From Deltaproteobacteria bacterium (GTDB lineage Bacteria > Desulfobacterota > Deferrisomatia > Deferrisomatales > BM512): a stretch of DNA of 64,000 bases. The position numbers and the translations under genes are program-made. The notes under the pieces were generated by a model that searched no databases, was not told the DNA's origin, and saw only the letters and a list, made by a program, of their open reading frames with translations. How positions within the stretch are numbered: position 1 is the first letter of the stretch; the number at the start of each line of letters is the position of its first letter. Of this stretch, positions 55,380-64,000 are shown in pieces. The stretch is taken from contig PKTT01000031.1 of NCBI GenBank assembly GCA_002869015.1, positions 95 through 64,094 of the forward strand, read 5' to 3'.

Positions 55380-55829
55380 ATGAAAACCAGCCGTTCACTT
55401 GCACTTGCGCTAATTTTCCTATTAATCCAGCTCCCGGCGCTGGCTGCTCCGATTGGCGACCAGCTCTCGACCTCGGTTGAGCTATCCGAAGAGGAACGCG
55501 CTTCCCTTGAGCCGATGCTTGCCCATTATTATGGAATGAGGGGCGCCAAAGAGGTGCTGGCGGAGGTGATTGAAAATTGCGCTGGGTGCGGGTGCAGGGA
55601 GGGGTGCCTTACCGACGTAGTAAGCCACCTCATAAAGCGGATGCGCGCAGGCAAATCAGACCAAGAGGCGGGAGAGGATATCCTCTCTGCGCTAAGCGCG
55701 GCAAAGGGCTACTGTAACGACAAGGGAATCGACCCGGCGGAGGCCAATCTATCCCGCGCTGTAGCTTCTCATCTTGACGCCCTTGATAAAAAGGATGGGG
55801 CGGTAACCCCCTCGCCTATGGTTCGCTGA
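55380..55829 (+). CDS. Hypothetical exported protein with a CAGCGCREGC cluster
   Basis: The signal peptide is MKTSRSLALALIFLLIQLPALAAP. The protein is 149 aa and no family was recognised. Confidence 0.55.
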   Translation: MKTSRSLALALIFLLIQLPALAAPIGDQLSTSVELSEEERASLEPMLAHYYGMRGAKEVLAEVIENCAGCGCREGCLTDVVSHLIKRMRAGKSDQEAGEDILSALSAAKGYCNDKGIDPAEANLSRAVASHLDALDKKDGAVTPSPMVR

Positions 55830-55846
55830 ATCAGCCTCAAGTTCAG

Positions 55847-57292
55847 CTAGTGGGTATCAAGGCGCTCCCGAAGAAAGGCGAGCGCCTCCTCCTTCGTCGA
55901 GATATCACCCCGCTCCTCGGCATCAGCCACCGCGGAGAGCAGCTCTCCCACCAGCACCCCCTCACCCACTCCCAGGATATCGACAATCTCGCGCCCACGG
56001 AGCAACGGCTCGCTCCTCTCCACTGCAAAGAGGCTCTCACGGTATAGCTCCAGTATCTCCTCCGCAGTAGCTTTTAGCTTATCAAGGGCTGGAGCGTTAT
56101 CGCCGGTGGCGCGCTCATCACATAGGGCGAGGAGCGCCGTCTCCGGCGACTCCTCCCCTAGATCGCGAAGAAAGCGGAGCCGTGACCGCTCAGTCGGCCG
56201 CTCCTGATTTGCAAGGCCATAGAGGCGCATGTGGCCGGCTACAACCCGCTTTGCAGCCAGACGGGCCCGCTTGCCGACCCTCAAAGACTCAAGGAGCTTG
56301 GAGATCATCTTTGCCCCAAGGGTATCGTGGGTTATGAAGCGGACGCGCCCGCCCGGCTCAACCCTGCGCGTCTCTGGTTTTCCAATGTCGTGGAAGAACG
56401 CTGTGAAGATAAAAAGCGCCCTGCGGCTTATGTTCTGCTCCAGCTCTTCTGAGAAGTGCTCTAAAAGCCACCCCTCACACTCTCCGGCGACCCTGACCGC
56501 CTCCTCGGCGGCCCTTAAAGCGTGCTCAAGGAGGTCATGGGAGTGGTAATCACCCTGATCCATTCCCTCCCAGTCGCTCACAAATGGGAAGAGGGTGAAG
56601 AGAACGCCGCTACGCTGTAGTGACCTCAGCGCTGCCCCCGCCTCCCCTCCTCCAAGGAGCTTGAAAAGCTCATCCCTTATCCGCTCCGGCGAGATTCGCC
56701 CGGCGTCGGGAGCCAGCTGCCCTTTTGTAAGGGCAATCTGCCCGCTAAGTGCCGGGGAGATAGCGAGTGAGTGGGTGGCTCCAAGGCGGAATGCGCGGAG
56801 GATTCTTAAGGGGTCTGCCTCCATTGCCTCCCCGGAGCAGGGTATCAGCGTGCCCTCGAATAGCGCCGCGTATCCGTCAAGGGGGTCGGTAAAAGCCCCG
56901 TCAGCGAGGGAGACCGCCATAGCATTCAAGGTAAAATCGCGACCCCTTAGATCCCCCTCTATATCTTCGGCGCGAAAGCCGACAAGGTCTGCCTCAAAGG
57001 TTTTGGTTACGACTCGGTAGGCGCGCTCGCCCTCGTCGAGGGCAAAGCCGCTTCCCCCGAGCGCTTTGGCGACTTTTTCGGCAATTTTGAGGGAGGAATT
57101 TCTTAACGCGATATCAAAATCCGGCAGCTCCCGCTGAGTTTTTAGGGCAATGTCTCGTACGCTGCCGCCTACTAGATAAGCCTCTCCCGCGCCTGCATCA
57201 AAGAGCGCTTTGGAGATAGCGCCGATTCGGCGGTCAGCCGACACGCAAGCGGAAATTTCTTCCGGGGTAGCCATAACGCCTGAATAAGCCAT
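55847..57292 (-). CDS. cca: CCA-adding enzyme / poly(A) polymerase family tRNA nucleotidyltransferase with an HD domain
   Basis: Contains YLVGGSVRD...DFDIA in the head domain, RDFTLNAM, and HD residues (FFHDIGKP). Confidence 0.8.
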   Translation of the reverse strand: MAYSGVMATPEEISACVSADRRIGAISKALFDAGAGEAYLVGGSVRDIALKTQRELPDFDIALRNSSLKIAEKVAKALGGSGFALDEGERAYRVVTKTFEADLVGFRAEDIEGDLRGRDFTLNAMAVSLADGAFTDPLDGYAALFEGTLIPCSGEAMEADPLRILRAFRLGATHSLAISPALSGQIALTKGQLAPDAGRISPERIRDELFKLLGGGEAGAALRSLQRSGVLFTLFPFVSDWEGMDQGDYHSHDLLEHALRAAEEAVRVAGECEGWLLEHFSEELEQNISRRALFIFTAFFHDIGKPETRRVEPGGRVRFITHDTLGAKMISKLLESLRVGKRARLAAKRVVAGHMRLYGLANQERPTERSRLRFLRDLGEESPETALLALCDERATGDNAPALDKLKATAEEILELYRESLFAVERSEPLLRGREIVDILGVGEGVLVGELLSAVADAEERGDISTKEEALAFLRERLDTH

Positions 57293-57430
57293 AAATTACC
57301 GCCTTTTAATCCATTTACACCTTATTCACTTCTACCATACTCCACGTTTTGTTATAAGGTTCAATAGTGAATGCCCGGCCCGGGGGGGCAGAGCTATAGC
57401 GGTACCCACAGAATCGAAAGGGTTGGCAAA

Positions 57431-60130
57431 ATGCCAAGGCAGATGTTTGTCAACGTGAAGAATGAGGAGGAGAGCCGCATCGCCATCTTAAACGATGGCC
57501 TCCTTGAAGAGCTCTCAATCGACACTTCACACGACACCCTCATTGAGGGAAATATTTACAAGGGAAAAATTGAGCGTGTAGTTCCGGGGCTGGAGGCTGT
57601 CTTTGTCGATTTCGGCAGGGAAAAAAACGGCTTTCTCGCCTTCCACGAAATCCATCCCGATTATTACAAATCCGGTGAGAGAAAGGCCGACAACCTCCGG
57701 CGAGGCCAGGAGGTCATGGTCCAGGTGAAGAAGGGTGAGATCGGCGACAAGGGCGCCGCCCTGACCACCTACATCTCCATCCCCGGGCGATACCTGGTCC
57801 TGATGCCCCTTGTAGCGAAGCGCGGAGTCTCTAAACAGATAGAGGACGGCAAGGTCCGCGATAAACTGCGTAAGGCCGTTGACGAAACCGCAATACCCGA
57901 GGGTATGGGCTACATCATACGCACTGCCGCCGAGCTCCAGACCAAGCAGGATATCCAGCGCGATGTCACCTATATGCTCCGCCTCTGGAAGCGGGTAAAT
58001 GACCTCTCAGAGAACTCCAAAGCCCCCGCTATCCTCTATCAAGAGAGCGATATTGTCATCCGCACCATCCGCGACTACTTTACCCCGGACATCAAAGAGC
58101 TTCTTGTAGACGATGCGCTTATATATAAGCGGGTAAAGGCTTTTTTCTCCTCCGTGATGCCTTGGAACACCTCCCGAGTGCGCTACTATGAGGGCAACTC
58201 CCCGCTATTTTCCAAGCACAACCTTGAGGGGCAGATATCCTCAATACACTCGGAGAAGGTCAAACTGCCCTCCGGCGGCTCCATCGTCATACAGCGCACA
58301 GAGGCGCTTGTATCGGTCGATGTGAACTCCGGCGCGGGGCCAGGCGCTAACGATATCGAGAAGACCGCCACCGTTACCAATATTGAGGCGGCCTCAGAGG
58401 TTGCCAGGCAGCTGAGGCTCCGCGACCTTGGCGGCCTCATCGTCATAGACTTCATCGATATGCGCTCCTCCGCGAACCGCACCAAGGTCAAGAAAGAGCT
58501 GGTCAAATCCCTCAAGGGCGATAAGGCGCGCATTGATGTAGGGACAATCTCGAAGTTCGGCCTCCTTGAGATGAGCCGCCAAAGGCTCAAGTCGGCGCAG
58601 GGGACAAAGCTCACCTCCCCATGCCCGATATGCCAAGGCACGGGCAGACTAATCGCTACCGAATCATTCGCGCTCTCAGTGCTTCGAGTGGTACAGGCGG
58701 TCCTCGCGAAGGGCAAGGGCGCACGCTCCGCTTGCGTAGGGGTCCCGGTTGAGACCGCGACATTCCTGATGAATAGAAAGCGCCAGAGCCTAAGAGAGCT
58801 TGAGCTTAAGTTTGGAGCGCCGGTTTCAATCTTCGCGGAGACGGCGCTATTGCCCAACCAGTACTACGCAGAGTTCTCGCTGGGCGAGCGCGTCCGCGTG
58901 GAGACAAATCTACCCTCCAACTTCCACCTTGACCGCCTCTCGTCGAAGGGCACCGCTTTACGCCCAGAGTACCAGGTGAAGACAGAGAAGGAGGAGGCCG
59001 CTACCGCTTCATATACGGCAATCAATGAAGATGAAGATGGTGGGGCTAAGGAAGAGCCCGAGGCGCTTAAGCAGGAGCAAAAGGAGCAAGCCGCCGGCGA
59101 TGAAGCCACAGCCCCGAAGAAGAAGCGCCGCCGCAGGCCCCGCAGGAAAAAATCTTCCGCCAACGTAGCTGAAGCAGCCAGCAAGTCAGAGGGCGCCGAG
59201 AAGGTCGAGGAGGATGCTGACACGAAATCCGCCGAGGCGGATATCAAGGAGGCAACCGAAGAAGTCAAGGGTCCTCAACCCGAGGCTGATACCCCCCCCC
59301 AGACTAAGGAGGAGGCTCAAGAGAGCGGCTCCACCGATGATGGCGCAGAGCAGCCCAAGAAGAGGCGCCCGAGGCGCCGGGGAGGCCGAGGCAGGGGTCG
59401 CGCTAAACCCGCCTCAGAAAACGCCGACGCGGCTGAAGTTGCCGCCGCCGCAGTGGAGACCACCCAGGACAGCGCTACTAAAAAGCAGATTGAAGTAGAG
59501 AGCGCTATAGATGCCTCCGAATCCAAGGCTCCCGCCACTTCAGAAGCGCCTGCTCCATCTGAGCCTGCTCCTAAAGTTGATGCGGCTCAGGAATCGCCAA
59601 ACGCTGAGCCTGAGACAAAGAGCGAGCCTGAAAAGAAAAGTGCACCCAAAAAGCGCGCCAGCCGCTCACGGGCGAAAAAGAAGCCTGCAGAGGAGCAGCC
59701 CGCAACAGCAGCTAAAGCTGAGGAAAAGGAAGCCGTCGAGGCTGGAGATAAGAAGGTGGAGGAGAAGAGCGCTCCCAAAAAGAGAGCCACCTCACGGGCT
59801 AGAAAACCGGCGGCGAAGAAGCCCTCCGCGAGGGAGATTGTAGACGCAATTGCCGCGGGCCCCTCCCTTGAGGAGACACCCCCCAAAGATAATAAAAGCG
59901 ATGAGCTTAAGGTAGTGGAGCAAGATAAAGAGGTAAAGAAGCCGGCAAGAAAACGCACCCCCAGGAAGAAGAAGGCTGAAACGACGGAGGCCGAGCCCCA
60001 AAAGGTTGCTGAGAAAGCCGCGAAGGAGGAGCCATCTTCCGCTAAGGAGGAGAAGCCCAAAACGCCTCGCCGCAGGCGCTCTACTGCCGCGAAGAAAAAA
60101 GCGGATGACGCCCCGCCGAAAGAGGGCTGA
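57431..60130 (+). CDS. rne: Ribonuclease E/G family endoribonuclease with a long basic/acidic low-complexity C-terminal tail
   Basis: An S1 domain (GNIYKGKIERVVPGLEAVFVDFG), DNase-I-like and Zn-link CPxCxG motifs (CPICQGTG), and Arg-rich patches (KKKRRRRPRRKK, RRPRRRGGRGRGR). The start is at the ATG at 57431. Confidence 0.9.
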   Translation: MPRQMFVNVKNEEESRIAILNDGLLEELSIDTSHDTLIEGNIYKGKIERVVPGLEAVFVDFGREKNGFLAFHEIHPDYYKSGERKADNLRRGQEVMVQVKKGEIGDKGAALTTYISIPGRYLVLMPLVAKRGVSKQIEDGKVRDKLRKAVDETAIPEGMGYIIRTAAELQTKQDIQRDVTYMLRLWKRVNDLSENSKAPAILYQESDIVIRTIRDYFTPDIKELLVDDALIYKRVKAFFSSVMPWNTSRVRYYEGNSPLFSKHNLEGQISSIHSEKVKLPSGGSIVIQRTEALVSVDVNSGAGPGANDIEKTATVTNIEAASEVARQLRLRDLGGLIVIDFIDMRSSANRTKVKKELVKSLKGDKARIDVGTISKFGLLEMSRQRLKSAQGTKLTSPCPICQGTGRLIATESFALSVLRVVQAVLAKGKGARSACVGVPVETATFLMNRKRQSLRELELKFGAPVSIFAETALLPNQYYAEFSLGERVRVETNLPSNFHLDRLSSKGTALRPEYQVKTEKEEAATASYTAINEDEDGGAKEEPEALKQEQKEQAAGDEATAPKKKRRRRPRRKKSSANVAEAASKSEGAEKVEEDADTKSAEADIKEATEEVKGPQPEADTPPQTKEEAQESGSTDDGAEQPKKRRPRRRGGRGRGRAKPASENADAAEVAAAAVETTQDSATKKQIEVESAIDASESKAPATSEAPAPSEPAPKVDAAQESPNAEPETKSEPEKKSAPKKRASRSRAKKKPAEEQPATAAKAEEKEAVEAGDKKVEEKSAPKKRATSRARKPAAKKPSAREIVDAIAAGPSLEETPPKDNKSDELKVVEQDKEVKKPARKRTPRKKKAETTEAEPQKVAEKAAKEEPSSAKEEKPKTPRRRRSTAAKKKADDAPPKEG

Positions 60131-60133
60131 TTC

Positions 60134-60163
60134 TTGACGGAACGCCTCGGCAAAAGTTAAACT
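60134..60163 (+). promoter_or_regulatory. Candidate sigma70 promoter (TTGACG-N18-TAAACT) upstream of the serC-like/serA/hisZ genes
   Basis: The hexamers were read directly. There is no experimental support. Confidence 0.3.
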
Positions 60164-60241
60164 GCGTGGCTTCTTTACCGACCTAGTTGAACCGATAAAA
60201 TTACGGGGCTTAAACCTTGAGCCCCGACATATTTTTCAGAT

Positions 60242-61402
60242 ATGGAGGATTTAGCTTTGAAGAAGAACGTTCTGCTCGCCCCCGGGCCGACCCCGGTACC
60301 CCCCGAAGCACTTATGGATATGGCGCTGCCTATAATCCACCACCGCGAACCTGAATTCAAACCTATCTTCGAGGAGTGCCTGGAGGGTCTTAAATACCTC
60401 TTCCAGACTGAGCGCGATGTTGTAATCCTCGCCTCTTCCGGCACCGGCGCGATGGAGGCCGCGGTCACATCCTTTTTGCGCACCGGCGACAAGGCTATCT
60501 TTGTCAACGGCGGTAAGTTCGGCGAGCGTTGGGGCAAGATTTTAAAGGCCTATGGCTGCGTCCCCATCGAGGTCAAGGTCGAATGGGGTAAAGCCGTCGA
60601 CCCCGCAGTAATAGAGAAGCTTCTTGACGAAGACCCCGAAATCCGCGCCGTCTACTTCCAGGCCAGCGAGACCTCCACGGCGGTCAAGCACCCCGCCAAG
60701 GAGATCGCGGCGATAACCGCCAAGCGCCCCGGCGTAATCTGCGTCGCGGACGCTATCACCGCCACCGGCGTCTTCGACCTGCCGATGGACGCGTGGGGGC
60801 TGGATATAGTCGTAACGGGAAGTCAGAAGGCGCTAATGCTCCCCCCGGGGCTGGGCTTCATCGCCTCCTCCGAGAAGGCTGACGCTTTCCTTGAGACGGC
60901 GAACATCCCCCACTACTACTTCGACATCAAGCTGGAGAAGAAAAAGCTGGCGGACAAGCAGACCGCCTGGACACCGGCTGTCTCCCTCATCGTAGGCCTG
61001 AGAAAGGTCCTCGCGATGATAAAGGAGGAGGGGCTGGAGAACGTGCACAAGCGCACCGCCCGCTTCGCCAAGGCAGCGCGTGAAGGCGCCAAGGCTATCG
61101 GCCTTGAGCTCTTCGCCCCCGACTCACCCTCCGACGCGCTCACCGCGGTCAAAATTCCAGATGGAATCGACGGGCTCAAGGTGAAGAAGATTCTCCGTGA
61201 ATCCTACGCGGTCACCGTAGCGGGCGGTCAGGATGAGGCAAAGGGCAAGATTGTTCGCCTCGCCCACCTAGGCTACGCCGGGACCTTTGACGTTATAACC
61301 GGGCTCTCCGCCCTTGAGATGGCGCTTGCCGACGCCGGCTACGAGTTCGAGATGGGCAAGGGCGTCGCGAAGGCGATGGAAATTCTCAGGGAGGGTGCAT
61401 AG
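60242..61402 (+). CDS. Class V PLP aminotransferase (serine-glyoxylate/phosphoserine aminotransferase type)
   Basis: LLAPGPTPVP...HHREPEF is a class V N-terminus, and the lysine region is SQKALMLPPG. It abuts serA, which suggests a phosphoserine aminotransferase role. Confidence 0.8.
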   Translation: MEDLALKKNVLLAPGPTPVPPEALMDMALPIIHHREPEFKPIFEECLEGLKYLFQTERDVVILASSGTGAMEAAVTSFLRTGDKAIFVNGGKFGERWGKILKAYGCVPIEVKVEWGKAVDPAVIEKLLDEDPEIRAVYFQASETSTAVKHPAKEIAAITAKRPGVICVADAITATGVFDLPMDAWGLDIVVTGSQKALMLPPGLGFIASSEKADAFLETANIPHYYFDIKLEKKKLADKQTAWTPAVSLIVGLRKVLAMIKEEGLENVHKRTARFAKAAREGAKAIGLELFAPDSPSDALTAVKIPDGIDGLKVKKILRESYAVTVAGGQDEAKGKIVRLAHLGYAGTFDVITGLSALEMALADAGYEFEMGKGVAKAMEILREGA

Positions 61403-62986
61403 ATGAAGCGCGTCCTTATAAGCGACAACCTCGCCAAGGAGGGCATCGACATCCTGAATGCCTTTGAGGGTCTTGAGGTAGATGTAAACACCGGCCTTAA
61501 GCCTGAGGAGCTAAAGGAGATCATCGGTAATTACGATGGCCTCGTCATCCGCTCCGCGACCAAGGTCACCGCTGAGATTCTCGAAGCGGCGAAAAACCTC
61601 AAGGTCGTTGGACGCGCAGGCATCGGCGTTGACAATGTGGACGTTCCGGCAGCCACCAACAAGGGGGTAATCGTAATGAACACCCCCGGCGGCAACACCA
61701 CGACCACCGCCGAGCACGCCCTCTCCCTAATGATGAGCCTCGTAAGGAACATCCCCCAGGCCACCGCCTCGATGAAGGAGGGCAAGTGGGAGAAGAAGAA
61801 GTTTCAGGGCCACGAGATGTGCGGCAAGACCCTCGGCGTAATCGGCCTTGGCGCTATCGGCTCAATAGTCGCGGACCGCGCCCTGGGCCTCAAGATGAAG
61901 GTGCTCGCCTACGACCCCTTTATCACCCCTGAGCGCGCTGCGGAGCTCGGCGTTGAGAAGGCTTCTCTTGAGGAGCTCTTCGCCGGCGCGGACATTATCA
62001 CCATCCACGTTCCAAAGCTAAAGGAGACCACTGACCTCATCAACGCGGCAACAATAGCCACGATGAAGGACGGCGTCTATATCGTCTGCGCTGCGCGCGG
62101 CGGCATCGTAAATGAGGGAGACCTCCTCGCAGGGCTTGAGTCCGGCAAGGTGGCTGGTGCGGCGCTCGACGTTTTTTCCGAGGAGCCCCCAGGCCTGACA
62201 CCCCTCGTTTCACACCCTAACCTCATCTGCACCCCCCACCTCGGCGCATCCACCGAGGAGGCGCAGACCGCGGTTGCGATACAGGTGGCTGAGCAGATCG
62301 GCAACTATCTGCTTAAGGGGGTAATCGTAAACTCCATAAACGTACCCTCCGTTTCGCCGGAGGCCCTTGAGCAGATGGGCCCCTTCCTCCACCTCGCCGA
62401 GAAGCTCGGCGCGCTTCAGGCGCAGCTCGGCCTTGAGGCTATACGCGCAGTGGAGATTGAATACAGCGGGAAAGCCGCTGAGGGGCGCACCCCGCTCCTA
62501 ACGGCGGCAGCACTCTCCGGCCTCTTGAAGCACGCTGCCGGTGAGTGGGTCAATATCGTAAACGCACCCGTTACCGCCAAAGAGCGTGGTATTGATGTAC
62601 GTGAGACGGTCTCCTCCAAGGGTGGTGATTACACCTCCCTCATCCGCCTCAATGTTGTAGCGGACAAGGGCGGACGCCCCCTCGCCGGCGCGGTCTTCGG
62701 CAAGAACGAGCCCCGCGTGGTTGAGATAGACGGCATAGATATCGAGGCGACACCGGAGGGCAACATGCTCATACTCTGGAACAATGACCGCCCCGGTCTC
62801 GTTGGCGCTATCGGCACCACCCTCGGCGAGCGTGGGATAAATATCGGCCAGCTTCAGTTTGGCCGCTCCGCCCCCGGCGGCGATGCGATCACCGTAATCA
62901 ATGTAGACTCCGAGCCCGACGATGCGACGCTTGAAGCGCTCGGTGCACTTGATAATGTGAATAATCTGCATAAGGTCTATCTATAA
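61403..62986 (+). CDS. serA: D-3-phosphoglycerate dehydrogenase (long form with ASB and ACT domains)
   Basis: Contains the GLGAIGS NAD motif, the catalytic R/E/H context (CTPHLGAST) and a C-terminal ACT domain. The length is 527 aa. Confidence 0.95.
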   Translation: MKRVLISDNLAKEGIDILNAFEGLEVDVNTGLKPEELKEIIGNYDGLVIRSATKVTAEILEAAKNLKVVGRAGIGVDNVDVPAATNKGVIVMNTPGGNTTTTAEHALSLMMSLVRNIPQATASMKEGKWEKKKFQGHEMCGKTLGVIGLGAIGSIVADRALGLKMKVLAYDPFITPERAAELGVEKASLEELFAGADIITIHVPKLKETTDLINAATIATMKDGVYIVCAARGGIVNEGDLLAGLESGKVAGAALDVFSEEPPGLTPLVSHPNLICTPHLGASTEEAQTAVAIQVAEQIGNYLLKGVIVNSINVPSVSPEALEQMGPFLHLAEKLGALQAQLGLEAIRAVEIEYSGKAAEGRTPLLTAAALSGLLKHAAGEWVNIVNAPVTAKERGIDVRETVSSKGGDYTSLIRLNVVADKGGRPLAGAVFGKNEPRVVEIDGIDIEATPEGNMLILWNNDRPGLVGAIGTTLGERGINIGQLQFGRSAPGGDAITVINVDSEPDDATLEALGALDNVNNLHKVYL

Positions 62987-62993
62987 AGTGAAT

Positions 62994-64000
62994 ATGCCAA
63001 ACGACAAGGGCGGCAGGCTCCACCTGGAGCTGCCTGCAGGCGTCGCGGATATACTACCGGAGGCGGCGGAGCGTTTCATCGCGCTGCGCCGCACCATCCT
63101 TATTACGATGGCGGGCTGGGGCTATCGCCCCGTACAGCCCCCACTCATCGAACACGCGGAGGCGCTCGCGAGGGCGCTCCCCGACTCCGACGAGGAAGTC
63201 TCCTTCTACAAGATGGTAGACCGCCTAAGCGGCCGTGTCCTTAGCTTGCGCGCGGACTTCACCCCCCAGCTTGCGCGCATTGCGGCGTCCCGCTTCGCCG
63301 AGGCCGCCCTCCCCTTGCGCTTTTTCTATGAGGGGCCGGTGGTTCGCCATGTACCAAACCTTAAGGGCAAACGCCGCGAACTCCATCAGGCTGGTGCGGA
63401 GCTTATGGGGGTTATGGACCCCGAGGGCGACGCCGAAGCAATTGCGATGATGGTCGATTGCCTAAGGGCGTCGGGCCTTGCGGAATTCAAGGTGGATGTT
63501 GGGCAGGTCGAGTTCTTCAAGGGGATATTCAAGGACGTTACGCTGGCGCCGGATATGCTCTTCGCGATAACAGATGCGGTCAAAAGAAAGGACCTCTCCG
63601 ACCTTGAGACCGCCCTCGCCGATGCGCCCCTATCCGACGCAAAAAAAGAGCTTCTTCTAGCCCTCCCCCTCCTTGCTGGTGGGCCTGAGGTATTAAAACG
63701 TGCCGGGACTCTGGCCGAATCAGACCACTCCAGGGCGGCGCTTTTAAACCTCTCACGCGCCCTTGAGTTCGTGGATAAGCATGGGCTCGGCGAGTACCTG
63801 ACCGTTGACCTCGGCGAGATTCGCGGCGTCAACTATTACACAGGGATAATCTTCGAGGGGTTCGTCCACCACGTAGGCACCCCGCTCTCGCGCGGCGGCC
63901 GCTATGACGACCTTGTAGGGGCTTACGGCAGGACACTCCCTGCTTCGGGCTTTTCAATTGATATTCTATCAGTGGCTGAGGCACTGGCCCTTCAGAGCAA
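62994..64000 (+). CDS. hisZ: ATP phosphoribosyltransferase regulatory subunit HisZ (HisRS paralogue); the 3' end runs off the right edge
   Basis: Not in the ORF track because there is no stop inside the window. Hand translation from the ATG at 62994 gives MPNDKGGRLHLELPAGVADILPEAAERF...LRADFTPQLARI...FFYEGPVVRH...ELHQAGAELMG...GVNYYTGIIFEG...RGGRYDDL. This is class II HisRS-like without an anticodon domain in view. Confidence 0.8.
   Translation, partial: MPNDKGGRLHLELPAGVADILPEAAERFIALRRTILITMAGWGYRPVQPPLIEHAEALARALPDSDEEVSFYKMVDRLSGRVLSLRADFTPQLARIAASRFAEAALPLRFFYEGPVVRHVPNLKGKRRELHQAGAELMGVMDPEGDAEAIAMMVDCLRASGLAEFKVDVGQVEFFKGIFKDVTLAPDMLFAITDAVKRKDLSDLETALADAPLSDAKKELLLALPLLAGGPEVLKRAGTLAESDHSRAALLNLSRALEFVDKHGLGEYLTVDLGEIRGVNYYTGIIFEGFVHHVGTPLSRGGRYDDLVGAYGRTLPASGFSIDILSVAEALALQS

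Noticed and set aside
59000-60130. The long Lys/Glu/Ala/Pro-rich region at the 3' end of the rne ORF, considered as a possible separate gene or repeat element.
   Set aside because: It is continuous in frame with the catalytic domain. It contains Arg-rich RNA-binding-like patches and acidic stretches typical of RNase E scaffold tails. I found no internal start context or exact DNA repeats.

Overview
This is a gene-dense bacterial chromosomal segment of roughly 60% GC with about 70 genes. I found no rRNA, tRNA, CRISPR array, transposase or integrase. Most genes are core housekeeping: recR, an EF-G paralogue, murJ, mazG, HU, pckA, tex, an ABC-F ATPase, valS, nadC, a CCA-adding enzyme, RNase E/G, a serC-like aminotransferase with serA, and hisZ. 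Mixed in are anaerobe-type redox genes: desulforedoxin, an Isf-like flavoprotein, a PNPOx-ferredoxin fusion, futalosine-pathway mqnB/mqnD and an Nqr/Rnf-like membrane complex. This suggests a Desulfobacterota-like or related anaerobic lineage, which is inference only. Two partial genes at the window edges (a PAP2 phosphatase at 1..891 and hisZ at 62994..64000) are absent from the ORF track and were read by hand.

The most interesting observations are:
1. An IscA/ErpA/HesB-like ORF (20183..20491) is interrupted by an in-frame TGA exactly where the first cluster-ligand Cys belongs. This is a probable selenocysteine protein that the ORF caller truncated.
2. An unusually modular sigma54 two-component locus spans 49.7-55.3 kb. 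A Cache/HAMP/DHp sensor is cut from its ATPase domain by one in-frame TAG. A 4-Cys + DHp(H-box) module is fused in frame to an OFA-type MFS transporter. A near-consensus -24/-12 promoter and three TTCGCA-N4-TGCGAA inverted repeats accompany them.
3. An RnfD/G/E/A-like set plus an NqrF-type reductase forms an operon with no NqrA, RnfC or RnfB, bracketed by hotdog-fold genes.
4. Three desulforedoxin-like modules are translationally coupled to mqnB-mqnD.
5. A UmuD with a LexA-like wHTH, together with umuC, is divergent from yedK across a 13-2-13 palindrome.

All functional calls rest on motif recognition by eye. No database search was possible.
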